Below are positions 20,298 through 29,155 of a stretch of DNA of 64,000 nt, one piece after another. Source of the stretch: Gemmatimonadales bacterium (GTDB lineage: Bacteria; Gemmatimonadota; Gemmatimonadetes; Gemmatimonadales; GWC2-71-9); assembly GCA_965249575.1 (NCBI GenBank), contig OZ252244.1, forward strand, positions 224,001 through 288,000. Direction: 5' to 3'. Position numbers and translations under genes: made by a program. Under the pieces are notes generated by a model. It was not told the origin of the DNA, searched no databases, and worked only from the letters and a program-made list of their open reading frames with translations. Every line of letters starts with the position of its first letter. The first letter of the stretch is position 1.

Positions 20298-22042
20298 GTG
20301 CACTCGATCTGCTGAACCGACTCAAACGGCTCGGAGTTGGTGTTTCGGCTGAAGCCGACCGGCTTAAGATCCGAGCACCCGAAGGTGCCCTGACCCCACA
20401 GATTCGCGACGAAATCGCGGCGCGAAAACCCGAGTTGTTGCGGCTGCTCACTGCACAGCGCGGACCTGATGCCGAGCCAAGTCCGATCCCCAAGAGTCGG
20501 GAAGACAGCTCCGGTAGGTTGTCACCGGGTCAAGAGCGGCTGTGGGGACTCATTCGGCGAGATCCCGAGACGCCGGCGTACAACCTTGCAGCAGCGTTCT
20601 CGTTACGAGGGACCCTGGACGTCGGCCCGCTGAAACGCGCATTCGACGAGATCGTGCATCGACACGAGAGCCTCCGTTCCACTATCCACCTGGAAGCGAA
20701 GCAGCCGACTGTACGGATTGGACCGCCGGAAGATGGGTGGCTCGTCTACACCGATCTCCGAACCGATGCCAACCCAACCTCCCGCGCACACAATCTCGCG
20801 GTGCGGGACGCGCGCACACCTTTCGACCTCGAGGCGGGTCCTCTTGCCCGGTTTCATCTGATTCAGATGAGCGAGTCGGATTACGTCCTGGTGATTGTGA
20901 TCCATCACCTCGTTTCGGACGGATGGTCGTTTGATGTGCTCTATGACGAGCTGACCGCACTCTACGAGCACTTCAGCGCCGGGCACTCATCACCTCTCAC
21001 TCCGGTATCGCGTCACTACGCTGACTTTGTCGCGTGGCAGCACCGCCTCCTCGACGGAACGGGCGGCGAGTCCCACCGAGCCTATTGGACCACGCAGCTC
21101 AAGGGTCCGTTGCGCGCAATCGAACTCCTTCCTGACCTAGGCACCTCGAGCCGCGGCTACCTTGGAGACCGGGTCACGGAGGCGTTCTCGCTGGAGGTGC
21201 GAGAGGGGGTAGAGCGTCTGAGCGCCGCGTGCAACGCCAGCCCCTTCACGGTGCTCCTCGCCGCGTATGCCGGCATGTTGCGTGAGCCGTCGGGACAATT
21301 CGACACGCTGGTCTGCTCGCCCGTTGCGGGCCGGGAGCGGCCGGAACTTCGCGGAGTCGTAGGCTACTTGAACAACCTGCTCGTCCTGCGAGTCCCGACG
21401 GGTGGGGATCCTCCATTCAACGAACTCGTGACGAGTGTGCAGCGGCTAGCCCTCGAAGCCTATCAGCACCAAGACCTTCCTTTCCAAGAAGTGGCGGGCC
21501 TTCCCGACCTCGCTCGGATCCCCCTGACCCGCGCCATGTTTGCGTTCCAGGCCGACCCGCCCCACTGCCTGAAGCTTGGTGGTGTTGAGGTCAGACCGAT
21601 ACCCATACACAACGGAACGGCAAACTTCGACATCGGCCTGACCATTGCCAAGACACCCGACGGCCTGGATGCAACCCTCACATTCCGGGACGGCGTCCTG
21701 GGGCCGGTAGCAGGAATCGCTCTGCTCAAACAGTTTCGTGCGTTGCTCGGTGCTGCGTTGAAGGATTTCGAACTGCCGCTGTCCAAACTGGATCCGCTGG
21801 CCGTGTCACGGCCGGCGAGTGCCCCTCTTCGTCGCATTCTGCCTGTTCGCTTCGTACTACTGGTACCCCGGATACACGAAACTGATGAACGGCTGGCTAT
21901 TCTACAGCCCGCTCTACCTGGGCGGCTTCGCCAGTTATGCCAACGGATGGTTTGCGTTCCTTCCGATCGAGCGTTTCCAGGACCTCATGAAGGTCGGGGC
22001 AGCCCTCGATTGGCCCGGCCGGGTCCTTACGCTCGGTGCTGA
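20294..22042 (+). CDS. NRPS protein with TubC-N-type docking domain and C domain; native sequence ends at about 21800
   Basis: LLNRLKRLGVGVSAEADRLKIRAPEGALT docking signature; HHLVSDGWS; no A, T or TE follows. Confidence 0.8.
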   Translation: MSALDLLNRLKRLGVGVSAEADRLKIRAPEGALTPQIRDEIAARKPELLRLLTAQRGPDAEPSPIPKSREDSSGRLSPGQERLWGLIRRDPETPAYNLAAAFSLRGTLDVGPLKRAFDEIVHRHESLRSTIHLEAKQPTVRIGPPEDGWLVYTDLRTDANPTSRAHNLAVRDARTPFDLEAGPLARFHLIQMSESDYVLVIVIHHLVSDGWSFDVLYDELTALYEHFSAGHSSPLTPVSRHYADFVAWQHRLLDGTGGESHRAYWTTQLKGPLRAIELLPDLGTSSRGYLGDRVTEAFSLEVREGVERLSAACNASPFTVLLAAYAGMLREPSGQFDTLVCSPVAGRERPELRGVVGYLNNLLVLRVPTGGDPPFNELVTSVQRLALEAYQHQDLPFQEVAGLPDLARIPLTRAMFAFQADPPHCLKLGGVEVRPIPIHNGTANFDIGLTIAKTPDGLDATLTFRDGVLGPVAGIALLKQFRALLGAALKDFELPLSKLDPLAVSRPASAPLRRILPVRFVLLVPRIHETDERLAILQPALPGRLRQLCQRMVCVPSDRAFPGPHEGRGSPRLARPGPYARC

Positions 22043-22823
22043 AATCGCAGCGCTGCTCTTTTTCGCGCATCGTTCCGGTGCACGAATTCTTCTGCTGGTC
22101 TGGACCGGGATGCACGTCGCGATCTGGATGTTCTCTGGAATCACGTTCTTGGTTTGGATCGTCTTGAACCTGGCGTTCCTGGCCCTCTTTTTCTTGAAGG
22201 CCGAACATGTGCCTCCCATGTTTTCGAGAAGGCATGCGATCGCAGGGGCAGCCTTGATGCTACTTTCTCCGCTCTGGCTCATGCCACCCCGGGTTGGGTG
22301 GTTCGACACGAGGCTCGTGTACACCTACAGATACGAGGCCGTCGACGATCGGGGAAACCGCGCCGCGTTCCCCGCCGATGCGACACCGCTTGGACAAGCC
22401 TGGTGCGCACGTGACTTCCCGTTCCTCTCGAAACATCCGACGGTGTTGGTCCGATATGGGAAGACGAACGATCGATCGCTTGCGCGGGCGATCATGGCTA
22501 TTGCCGACGTCGGCAGCCTATTCAGACTCGAAGAGGAGCATGGGACGATTTATTTCGATGCCGAGGAGGCAGAAACGCTGGACGAGTATCTCAGCGCCAT
22601 CGCCCAAAACTGGAATCGCCGGCACTCCGCAAAGCACTGGCTCAGTTGGGCGTCCCCGCCGAGGACGTGCCTGTCTCCACGGTCACCGCCAGAACCGCTG
22701 ATCGCACCGGATCGGACCGTAACAAGGATCATCGTCCATCAGCTAACCTTTTGGTTTGACGGAAGCACGTTTCGGCAGATCCGCCGCGTACCGGTTCGTA
22801 CTATAGACGTACCCGCGGCGTGA
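21819..22823 (+). CDS. Multi-pass membrane protein (HTTM-like), probably N-terminally truncated
   Basis: YWYPGYTKL, AEIAALL and MHVAIWMFSGITF TM helices, then a soluble C-terminal domain; overlaps the tail of the C-domain ORF. Confidence 0.55.
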   Translation: MPLFVAFCLFASYYWYPGYTKLMNGWLFYSPLYLGGFASYANGWFAFLPIERFQDLMKVGAALDWPGRVLTLGAEIAALLFFAHRSGARILLLVWTGMHVAIWMFSGITFLVWIVLNLAFLALFFLKAEHVPPMFSRRHAIAGAALMLLSPLWLMPPRVGWFDTRLVYTYRYEAVDDRGNRAAFPADATPLGQAWCARDFPFLSKHPTVLVRYGKTNDRSLARAIMAIADVGSLFRLEEEHGTIYFDAEEAETLDEYLSAIAQNWNRRHSAKHWLSWASPPRTCLSPRSPPEPLIAPDRTVTRIIVHQLTFWFDGSTFRQIRRVPVRTIDVPAA

Positions 22824-23080
22824 TCGGTGTGCCAACAAGCGCAGATTGATCCCGTCAGAGACCGAGGGCGCGAATCAGTATTCAGGTTCCCGAACCCGCA
22901 TTGGCGACCCCTGCACGTCACCCCGCGCGGCGACGGCCGATGACTGTCCGCACCTCGGTGCCGGCCTGGCGCTCCAGCCGTCCTATACGTGCGAGGCTGA
23001 CGCAAAGCTGCGGTGCAGCACCTCCGGGCGCTATCCTGGCTTGGGACACCCGCCTGGTCGTGAACAGAGGCAGGCTGACC

Positions 23081-23563
23081 TCAGTGTTCTCCTCCTTGCG
23101 ACACAACCGCTGTGACGATCTGACCGGCAATCGATGTTGCCGCATCAGCCTCCCCACTACGCCTATACCGTACTGTTACGCCGGTGAGCTCCTCCCCCGA
23201 CCCGACCGAAATCACGCGAACGTCGCAGACAAACTCATCATCAACCAGCCGAACCCGGCCGGACACGAAGTTCCCGACGATTAACTGCGCACGACGCGCC
23301 AGCCCCGAATTCCGCGGGGGTGGCAGCTCTTCGTGTGGGGGGGACCAGCGAACAGATGCATCTTGCTGCAACGCACGTACGAGGTCCTCGTAAAGGCGTG
23401 TGGCCGATTCGCGGACGCGCCGGTCGAGGCTTGAATCCTCGGTGGGCGCAACGTCAAATGCGAGCACACCCACCGTGGACGGATCCGATCCGTCTCGCTG
23501 TGCCGCAGCGGTGGTACAGAAGGCGGCTCCCAGGAGCCATGTGATCCCTGCGACGACTCGCAA
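23081..23563 (-). CDS. Secreted TolB-N/CsgG/FlgO-like domain protein
   Basis: Signal peptide AAA-Q; TVGVLAF...SGRVR...DVRVISVGSGE; start codon uncertain. Confidence 0.5.
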   Translation of the reverse strand: MRVVAGITWLLGAAFCTTAAAQRDGSDPSTVGVLAFDVAPTEDSSLDRRVRESATRLYEDLVRALQQDASVRWSPPHEELPPPRNSGLARRAQLIVGNFVSGRVRLVDDEFVCDVRVISVGSGEELTGVTVRYRRSGEADAATSIAGQIVTAVVSQGGEH

Positions 23564-23583
23564 GAGGCGATGCGGGACAGCAG

Positions 23584-24924
23584 CTACCTGGCGGACACCT
23601 TCGGGCTCTTCTGGACGCCGTCGGGCCCGTTGTCCCAATCCTGGGCACTGGAGATGTTCGGCAACCCCCACTGATGGCCGTTCCACCCGTCGAAACCGTC
23701 CATCTTGAAGATCCAGAAACCCGAACCGCTGGTCAGAATCAATCCGTCAGCGTTTCGAACGTCCACACCGAACGTGCTCCCGCCCCGCAGCTTCACGCCT
23801 GGGGCGGTGTCATAGAAGCCCACGGTGTAGGGATTAGCCGGATCCATCATGTTGAACACCTGGAACTCGTCCGCATAGGTCGACACGAACACGTACGGCC
23901 AGCGGACCTCGTGGTTGTGGGGGAGTCCGTCCCAGCTAGCCGTCCAGGCTCCTACGGGTCGAGAGATCGTCTTCACCTCGCCGTCCAAGCCGGGCTTCAG
24001 ATCGAATACCCGGAGGGGTGCGTACGTGTACTCGGCTTCGGTGATCGCATACCGGCCGGTGGGATCGGGTGTGAAGGTGTGCCCCCAGGTGACACCGGCG
24101 ACACCGGTGATGGACGTGACGAGCTTTGGCTCGGCCACGTTGGTGATGTCAAAGACGAAATACCCCCCCTGACCGGGGCCGTAGAAGAGGTCCCGTTGGG
24201 TTGCCGGATCGAAACCGACGTAGAAGTCGTGGTACGCATACCGTGGGTAGTTGGGCGTGTTCGGCTGAAAGGCGCTGATGTCGGCGAGCGGGACTTTCCC
24301 GACAACGGCGCGCATGGGATCGCCGCTCACGACGAGATCGATATCGTAGATGTACGCGTACGGACTGTACGTGCTGGTGATCAGCAGCGCCCGGCCGTCG
24401 GAGTGCTTGTACGCGAACATGTTGTGAAACCCGCCCCGCGCCTCGGGCACGCGAATGCGCGTGAGCTCCCTAATCGTGCTCGTGTCCGGCAGGCCGGTAA
24501 TATCGAACACGATGGCGCCAAGATCCGTATCGGGTCCCACGCCCTGCCGGTACTGGAACGACTGAGCGAAGTAATACCGGCCTTTACTCTTCAAGTACAT
24601 AGGCTCGAGCGAGCTTCCCACGTGCAGCTCGGGATCCTCGAGCTGCCAGGTGTAAATGCGATCGGGCTGGGTGGGGTCCTTGATATCGAAGATGTGAAAC
24701 CCGTGATGGCCGCCGGTTGACACATACGCAAAGGGCCGCGACACCTCTTGCTCGATCTCCACATCGGTGAGGCGGCCTGGCACGTGAGCCACGACGTGAA
24801 CGTTGGTGCTGCTTTGCTTCCCAGCCACGGAAACGCCCCCCCCCGACACCTGCGCCAGGACCGGCGCTGCCTGGAAAAGGACGCTCAGCATCATCGGGGG
24901 GCCCAGATATCTCGATCTGTTCAT
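23584..24924 (-). CDS. Secreted LVIVD-repeat beta-propeller protein with His clusters (possible metallo-hydrolase)
   Basis: Signal peptide; FHIFDIKDP, IVFDITG, YFVFDITN and FQVFNMMDP repeats; GFHN, YHD, GHT and HNHE motifs. Confidence 0.75.
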   Translation of the reverse strand: MNRSRYLGPPMMLSVLFQAAPVLAQVSGGGVSVAGKQSSTNVHVVAHVPGRLTDVEIEQEVSRPFAYVSTGGHHGFHIFDIKDPTQPDRIYTWQLEDPELHVGSSLEPMYLKSKGRYYFAQSFQYRQGVGPDTDLGAIVFDITGLPDTSTIRELTRIRVPEARGGFHNMFAYKHSDGRALLITSTYSPYAYIYDIDLVVSGDPMRAVVGKVPLADISAFQPNTPNYPRYAYHDFYVGFDPATQRDLFYGPGQGGYFVFDITNVAEPKLVTSITGVAGVTWGHTFTPDPTGRYAITEAEYTYAPLRVFDLKPGLDGEVKTISRPVGAWTASWDGLPHNHEVRWPYVFVSTYADEFQVFNMMDPANPYTVGFYDTAPGVKLRGGSTFGVDVRNADGLILTSGSGFWIFKMDGFDGWNGHQWGLPNISSAQDWDNGPDGVQKSPKVSAR

Positions 24925-25324
24925 GGTACCTCACGGGTCGACTGAAGACGGCGAACGATGGGAATGACGACGGTGAGTGGTGATCACCCCCTCCACCTAT
25001 CATCGCCTCCGACCCCCGGTCGGCACAACGGCGGAGCACATCGCACTCAGAAAGCAACCGTCAGTCATTCTGTCAACATCACAAAACGATCGCCACGACC
25101 GCGAGCGGCCGGTGTTTCGAGCGAGTCACCTCGTTGTAAAAGTCCCCAAGACTCACTAGTGTGACGCGGCACACGAAACACACATGACCGGATTGGCCAT
25201 GCACTCAACGTGTCACCATGCAGTGTGAGGAACGTCACTGCCGCGCATCGACCCGAGGGCAGAATTGGGCGTGCGCTCTCGCCATGCCCGGGTCCGAGGT
25301 TGGGCCCCCAGCAGGGGAGACCGC

Positions 25325-25415
25325 CGCTGCTCAGAGCAACCCCGTCGAAAGACGGGCGGACGCAGAGTCACGGGGCTAACGCGAGATGATCGCTACGCCA
25401 GCCGGGCCGCCAGCG
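25325..25415 (+). ncRNA. GEMM-I cyclic-dinucleotide riboswitch, copy 1 (A20 variant)
   Basis: P1 CGCTG/CAGCG; GAGCAA; CCCGTC-GAAA-GACGGG GNRA hairpin; GACGCAGAG; CACGGG..CTAA..GCCGGGCCGCC. Confidence 0.85.
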
Positions 25416-25451
25416 CATCGACCAGTCGACGCGGCGGTCCGGCTCTCTTTT
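25401..25451 (+). terminator. Intrinsic terminator overlapping the 3' arm of riboswitch 1
   Basis: GCCGGGCCGCC...GGCGGTCCGGC stem followed by TCTCTTTT. Confidence 0.7.
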
Positions 25452-25552
25452 GTGACAGCGAGTACCGGCCGGCCCAGTCGGCGAATAAACCGAGTTCGGT
25501 TTGGCATTCGGTGACCGTGCCCGTCCGGTCCACACGGCGGTGCACGTCCTGA

Positions 25553-25645
25553 CGCTGCCAAGAGCAAAGCCGTCGAAAGGGGGTGACGCAGAGCCACGGG
25601 ACTGCGGCGAACGAAGACTTCGCCATGTCGGCCGGGCCGCCAGCG
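25553..25645 (+). ncRNA. GEMM-I cyclic-dinucleotide riboswitch, copy 2 (A20 variant)
   Basis: P1 CGCTG/CAGCG; GAGCAAA; CCGTC-GAAA-GGGGG; GACGCAGAGCCACGGG; GCCGGGCCGCC. Confidence 0.85.
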
Positions 25646-25684
25646 ATTCGACTCCAGTCGATTCTTGGCGGCCCGATTCTTTTT
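25633..25684 (+). terminator. Intrinsic terminator overlapping the 3' arm of riboswitch 2
   Basis: CGGGCCGCCA...TGGCGGCCCG stem followed by ATTCTTTTT, just before the CAGGAGG RBS. Confidence 0.7.
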
Positions 25685-25704
25685 ACGGTGCAGGAGGTCG
25701 AGAC

Positions 25705-28119
25705 ATGACATACAAGTTCAAACTATCGCGACGACTCGCCATGGCCTGGAGACGCCTGATCGGAGCATCTGCCGTCCTCCTCGGCTGCAATCCTGGATCG
25801 ATCTCCCAGTCCGACACGCAGGCCGAGAACATTACCGCGGTCGCGGTACACCCCTCTGCAATGCAATTGGCCCCAGGCGCAATCGAGTACTTTCGGGCTT
25901 ACGCCCGCCTCATCACCGGCGACAGCGTGCCAATCTCGGTGACCTGGCAGGCCTCGGCCGGAAACATCACGCCGGAAGGCGTTTACACGGCGCCGACTCA
26001 GCCAGGTGCCTACCTCGTCGATGCTACGCACCCTGAGAAGCTCTGGCTCAGTAGCTCAGCACAGGTGACCGTGGAGTCGCTCGCGTTAGAGCTCTTCATC
26101 TCGCCCAAGAGGACGACAATCCAGCCCAACGATTCGGTAGAGTTCCGCGCGGTCGTCCTGAACACCGCTGGTGACACCGTGCCGATGGACATCACCTTCA
26201 CGAGCAGCTCGGGCACCGTGACCAAGAAGGGGAGGGCGCTCGGTCACTTCAAGCCCAATGGCTCCCGCGGAAACCATAAGGTGATCGCAGAGGTCGATTC
26301 GGCTGGGTTGAGCGATACCGCGGACGTCGAGGTCGTGGACACGCTCGTCGCTTCAGTGACGGTGATCCCTAGCTCCCTTTCCCTGAACGAGGGTCAGTCG
26401 TACTCCCTGACCGCAGAGCTCCGGGATTTGGCAGGAAACGCCCTAACGGGCCGGAGCGTTCGCTGGTCGAGCGCGCGCCCCCAATCGGTCGCGGTCGACC
26501 CGTTCGGTTCCGTTACCGCCGTGGCCAGCGGCTCGGCAACGATCATCGCCGAAAGTGAGGGCGTGACCGGCCAGGCCGAAATCGCGGTGAACCCGACCCC
26601 CGTCGGGTCGGTAGGCGTCACGCCGAGTAATGGGGCTCTCCTGGCGGGTGGAAGCCTTCAGCTCATTGCTACCGTTCGGGATTTGGTCGGCAACGTCCTT
26701 CCGGGCCGCACGGTCGCATGGTCGAGCTCGGCTCCCAGTATCGCGACCGTCGACGTCTCGGGACTCGTCGTCGGGATAACGGCGGGCTCCGGCACCATCA
26801 CGGCGACCAGCGACCGGCAGGTCGGTACCGCAATCATCGCGGTGAGTCTGGTGCCAGTCGCCTCCATCGCCGTCTCTCCGGGATCGGCCGCATTGATCGA
26901 GGGTGAGACACTGCAGCTCACAGCCACCCCGCTCGACTCGGCGGGCCAGCCGCTCCCCAATCGCGCCGTTGCCTGGACGAGCTCTTCACCAACGGTGGCT
27001 TCGGTCGACGGATCGGGACTCCTGACGGCCTCCGCCGGCGGCGCGGCGACGATCACGGCATCCAGCGAGGGGCAGAGCGCGGCGATCTCGGCCATCGTGA
27101 CACGAGTGCCGGTAGGATCCGTCACCGTTACGGGCGGAACCGGCACGGTCGAGGTCGGAGGGATCACGCAACTGCAGGCGGCAACTCGTGACTCGGCTGG
27201 TAACCTGCTGGCCAATCGCGTGGTCACGTGGAGTAGCTCGAACTCCGGCATCGCCACCGTGTCCTCAGGACTGGTGGCCGGCGTCGCCGTCGGATCCGCC
27301 ATCATCACAGCCACGTCGGAGGGGCGACAAGGAATCGCGAGCATGACCGTCACGCCTCCGCCCACTCCGGCCACCCCGCTGTTCGAGGAAGATTTCTCCG
27401 GGTACACGGCCACTCCCTACCTATTGACGGACGACAACAACCCCTGGACGTTCACGGCCATTGGTCCCGGCGGAGCCATCGTATTGGATCAGACGCGCGG
27501 ATTCGGTTCCTCGAGTCAGTCCATGCGATATGACTATCCCGACAACGATAGCTGCGGGAACTACACCATAGGGCGGTCGTTCCACGAGCGGATTGCTCCA
27601 TACGACCAGTTGCAGAACTTCTGGGTGGAGTACATCATCAGCTTCTCCAGTAATTGGCGGACCGCGCAATCAGCCTGCACGAGTGGATTTGCTGACCACA
27701 AGACGATCGAGATCTTCCCGTTACCCACTGGTAGTACGCGGTGGGAGGTCAAGATCGGGGCCGGCGGCCTCGGGTTCCAGACGAGCTCGCCGCAGGCCCC
27801 CCCGAACCAGGTCAACGAGTCGCCCATCAACACGCCGCCGCCGTACGATGCCCTGACCTTCTGGGACGATAACTGGAAGGTGGTGCGGGTTCAGGTCGGT
27901 AACTTCGGGAGCGGCGTGGCGAATGGGATTTGGCGCATCTGGTTCGACAACGGCACCGGGATGCGGCTCGTGCACGAACAGACGAACCTGCTCTACGAGG
28001 TCGCCGGCACAGGTATCAAGCATTTCTGGATCGGCCAGAATCGCAACCTCGGCCAGGATGAAGTAATGGACTGGTCGGTTGGCCGGATCAGAGTGTATTC
28101 AGACGATCCGGGTTGGTAG
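25705..28119 (+). CDS. Surface lipoprotein with about 6 Ig-like (Big_2) repeats and a C-terminal beta-sandwich domain
   Basis: ATG after AGGAGG; lipobox VLLGC; repeats of VxSVxVxP...LxAxxRDxxGN...VxWSSS..IATV..G.V....G.ATITA.SEG. Confidence 0.85.
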   Translation: MTYKFKLSRRLAMAWRRLIGASAVLLGCNPGSISQSDTQAENITAVAVHPSAMQLAPGAIEYFRAYARLITGDSVPISVTWQASAGNITPEGVYTAPTQPGAYLVDATHPEKLWLSSSAQVTVESLALELFISPKRTTIQPNDSVEFRAVVLNTAGDTVPMDITFTSSSGTVTKKGRALGHFKPNGSRGNHKVIAEVDSAGLSDTADVEVVDTLVASVTVIPSSLSLNEGQSYSLTAELRDLAGNALTGRSVRWSSARPQSVAVDPFGSVTAVASGSATIIAESEGVTGQAEIAVNPTPVGSVGVTPSNGALLAGGSLQLIATVRDLVGNVLPGRTVAWSSSAPSIATVDVSGLVVGITAGSGTITATSDRQVGTAIIAVSLVPVASIAVSPGSAALIEGETLQLTATPLDSAGQPLPNRAVAWTSSSPTVASVDGSGLLTASAGGAATITASSEGQSAAISAIVTRVPVGSVTVTGGTGTVEVGGITQLQAATRDSAGNLLANRVVTWSSSNSGIATVSSGLVAGVAVGSAIITATSEGRQGIASMTVTPPPTPATPLFEEDFSGYTATPYLLTDDNNPWTFTAIGPGGAIVLDQTRGFGSSSQSMRYDYPDNDSCGNYTIGRSFHERIAPYDQLQNFWVEYIISFSSNWRTAQSACTSGFADHKTIEIFPLPTGSTRWEVKIGAGGLGFQTSSPQAPPNQVNESPINTPPPYDALTFWDDNWKVVRVQVGNFGSGVANGIWRIWFDNGTGMRLVHEQTNLLYEVAGTGIKHFWIGQNRNLGQDEVMDWSVGRIRVYSDDPGW

Positions 28120-28125
28120 AGATCA

Positions 28126-28264
28126 GCGAATAGCGAATTGCGAGTGGCGATTTGGATTGCCCAGTGCTCGACCTCTGACGGGATTTGAGTTTGCCGTGGG
28201 TGGGCCGAAATCGGTCAACCCGCGGACGGCGATCTCAGATCGTCACTCGCTATTCGCCACTCGC
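28126..28264. repeat. Imperfect 26-bp inverted repeat built from 7-mers (REP/MITE-like or terminator)
   Basis: GCGAATAGCGAATTGCGAGTGGCGAT (28126-28151) versus ATCGTCACTCGCTATTCGCCACTCGC (28239-28264), 4 mismatches. Confidence 0.7.
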
Positions 28265-28624
28265 CACCATCGCCCTCGCAGCGACTCCGGGTCTATCGCG
28301 GCTGGCAATCCCCGTGGAAACGAGCATGTATCCTCACCCGTTCCCATTCCGATGCCAGTTCTGGTACTCGATTCGTACGATGGGCGATTTTGCAACGGCA
28401 AGACTCGACGTCACTCCGGCAATCAGCCTCACGGGCAGGGACACCAGCAACCAGCCATGCAAGAAGCGATACCGTGTCAAGCTCGCGCTGGTCCACGCAT
28501 TCGGCTGAACCGGCGCTATCTTCACAATGTTCTTAAGGCGTCACGCCCACCGGCTGTTGGCAACCGGGAGGTACGAATAGGACGCGACTGGAACTGCGAC
28601 TAATCCCCAGGAGGGAATCGTCCC

Positions 28625-29119
28625 GTGGCAAGCCGTAGGCTCGGACCTCTACATTCGCTCGCTGTTCGGGCCATCGCCCTGATCGCGCTCACGACCTGCC
28701 GTCCTCACACCAGGTCCGGCGAAGATGCTCATGCGCTTCTGGCCATTCACTCCGAGGTGCTCGACGCCCATCGCGCGGGTGATGCCGACAAATGGATGGC
28801 CGTGGAAGCCGACGAATACATCTCAGCCAACAACGGGACCATGTCGTTCCCGACCAAAGCAGATCGCCGAGCGTCGCGAGAGCCGTACCTTGCCTCCACG
28901 ATCTTTACGGCCTACCAGGACACCCGACCGCCGGCGGTCCGAATCTCCGCCGACGGCTCACTGGGTTGGGTCATCGCGGAGGTCGAGGTACGGGGCACGC
29001 AGCGCAACGACGATGGCACGGAACACGAGATCGACGCGGTCTGGGCGTGGATCGAGCTCTATCAAAAGCAAGGGGACACTTGGAGACTCGTGGGGAACAT
29101 CTCGAATCGACGGCAGTGA
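28625..29119 (+). CDS. NTF2-like (DUF4440/SnoaL) protein, possible lipoprotein
   Basis: ALTTC lipobox-like motif; VRISADGSLGWV...LYQKQGDTWRLV. Confidence 0.7.
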   Translation: MASRRLGPLHSLAVRAIALIALTTCRPHTRSGEDAHALLAIHSEVLDAHRAGDADKWMAVEADEYISANNGTMSFPTKADRRASREPYLASTIFTAYQDTRPPAVRISADGSLGWVIAEVEVRGTQRNDDGTEHEIDAVWAWIELYQKQGDTWRLVGNISNRRQ

Positions 29120-29155
29120 GGACCTGCGATCGGCGAACACGAATGGCGGTGATGC

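Noticed and set aside
25501..25704. 68-aa N-terminal extension of the Ig-repeat ORF
   Set aside because: It overlaps riboswitch 2 and its terminator; the ATG at 25705 has a strong RBS
28270..28620. Short ORFs between the Ig protein and the NTF2 gene
   Set aside because: No recognisable motif, RBS or consistent frame
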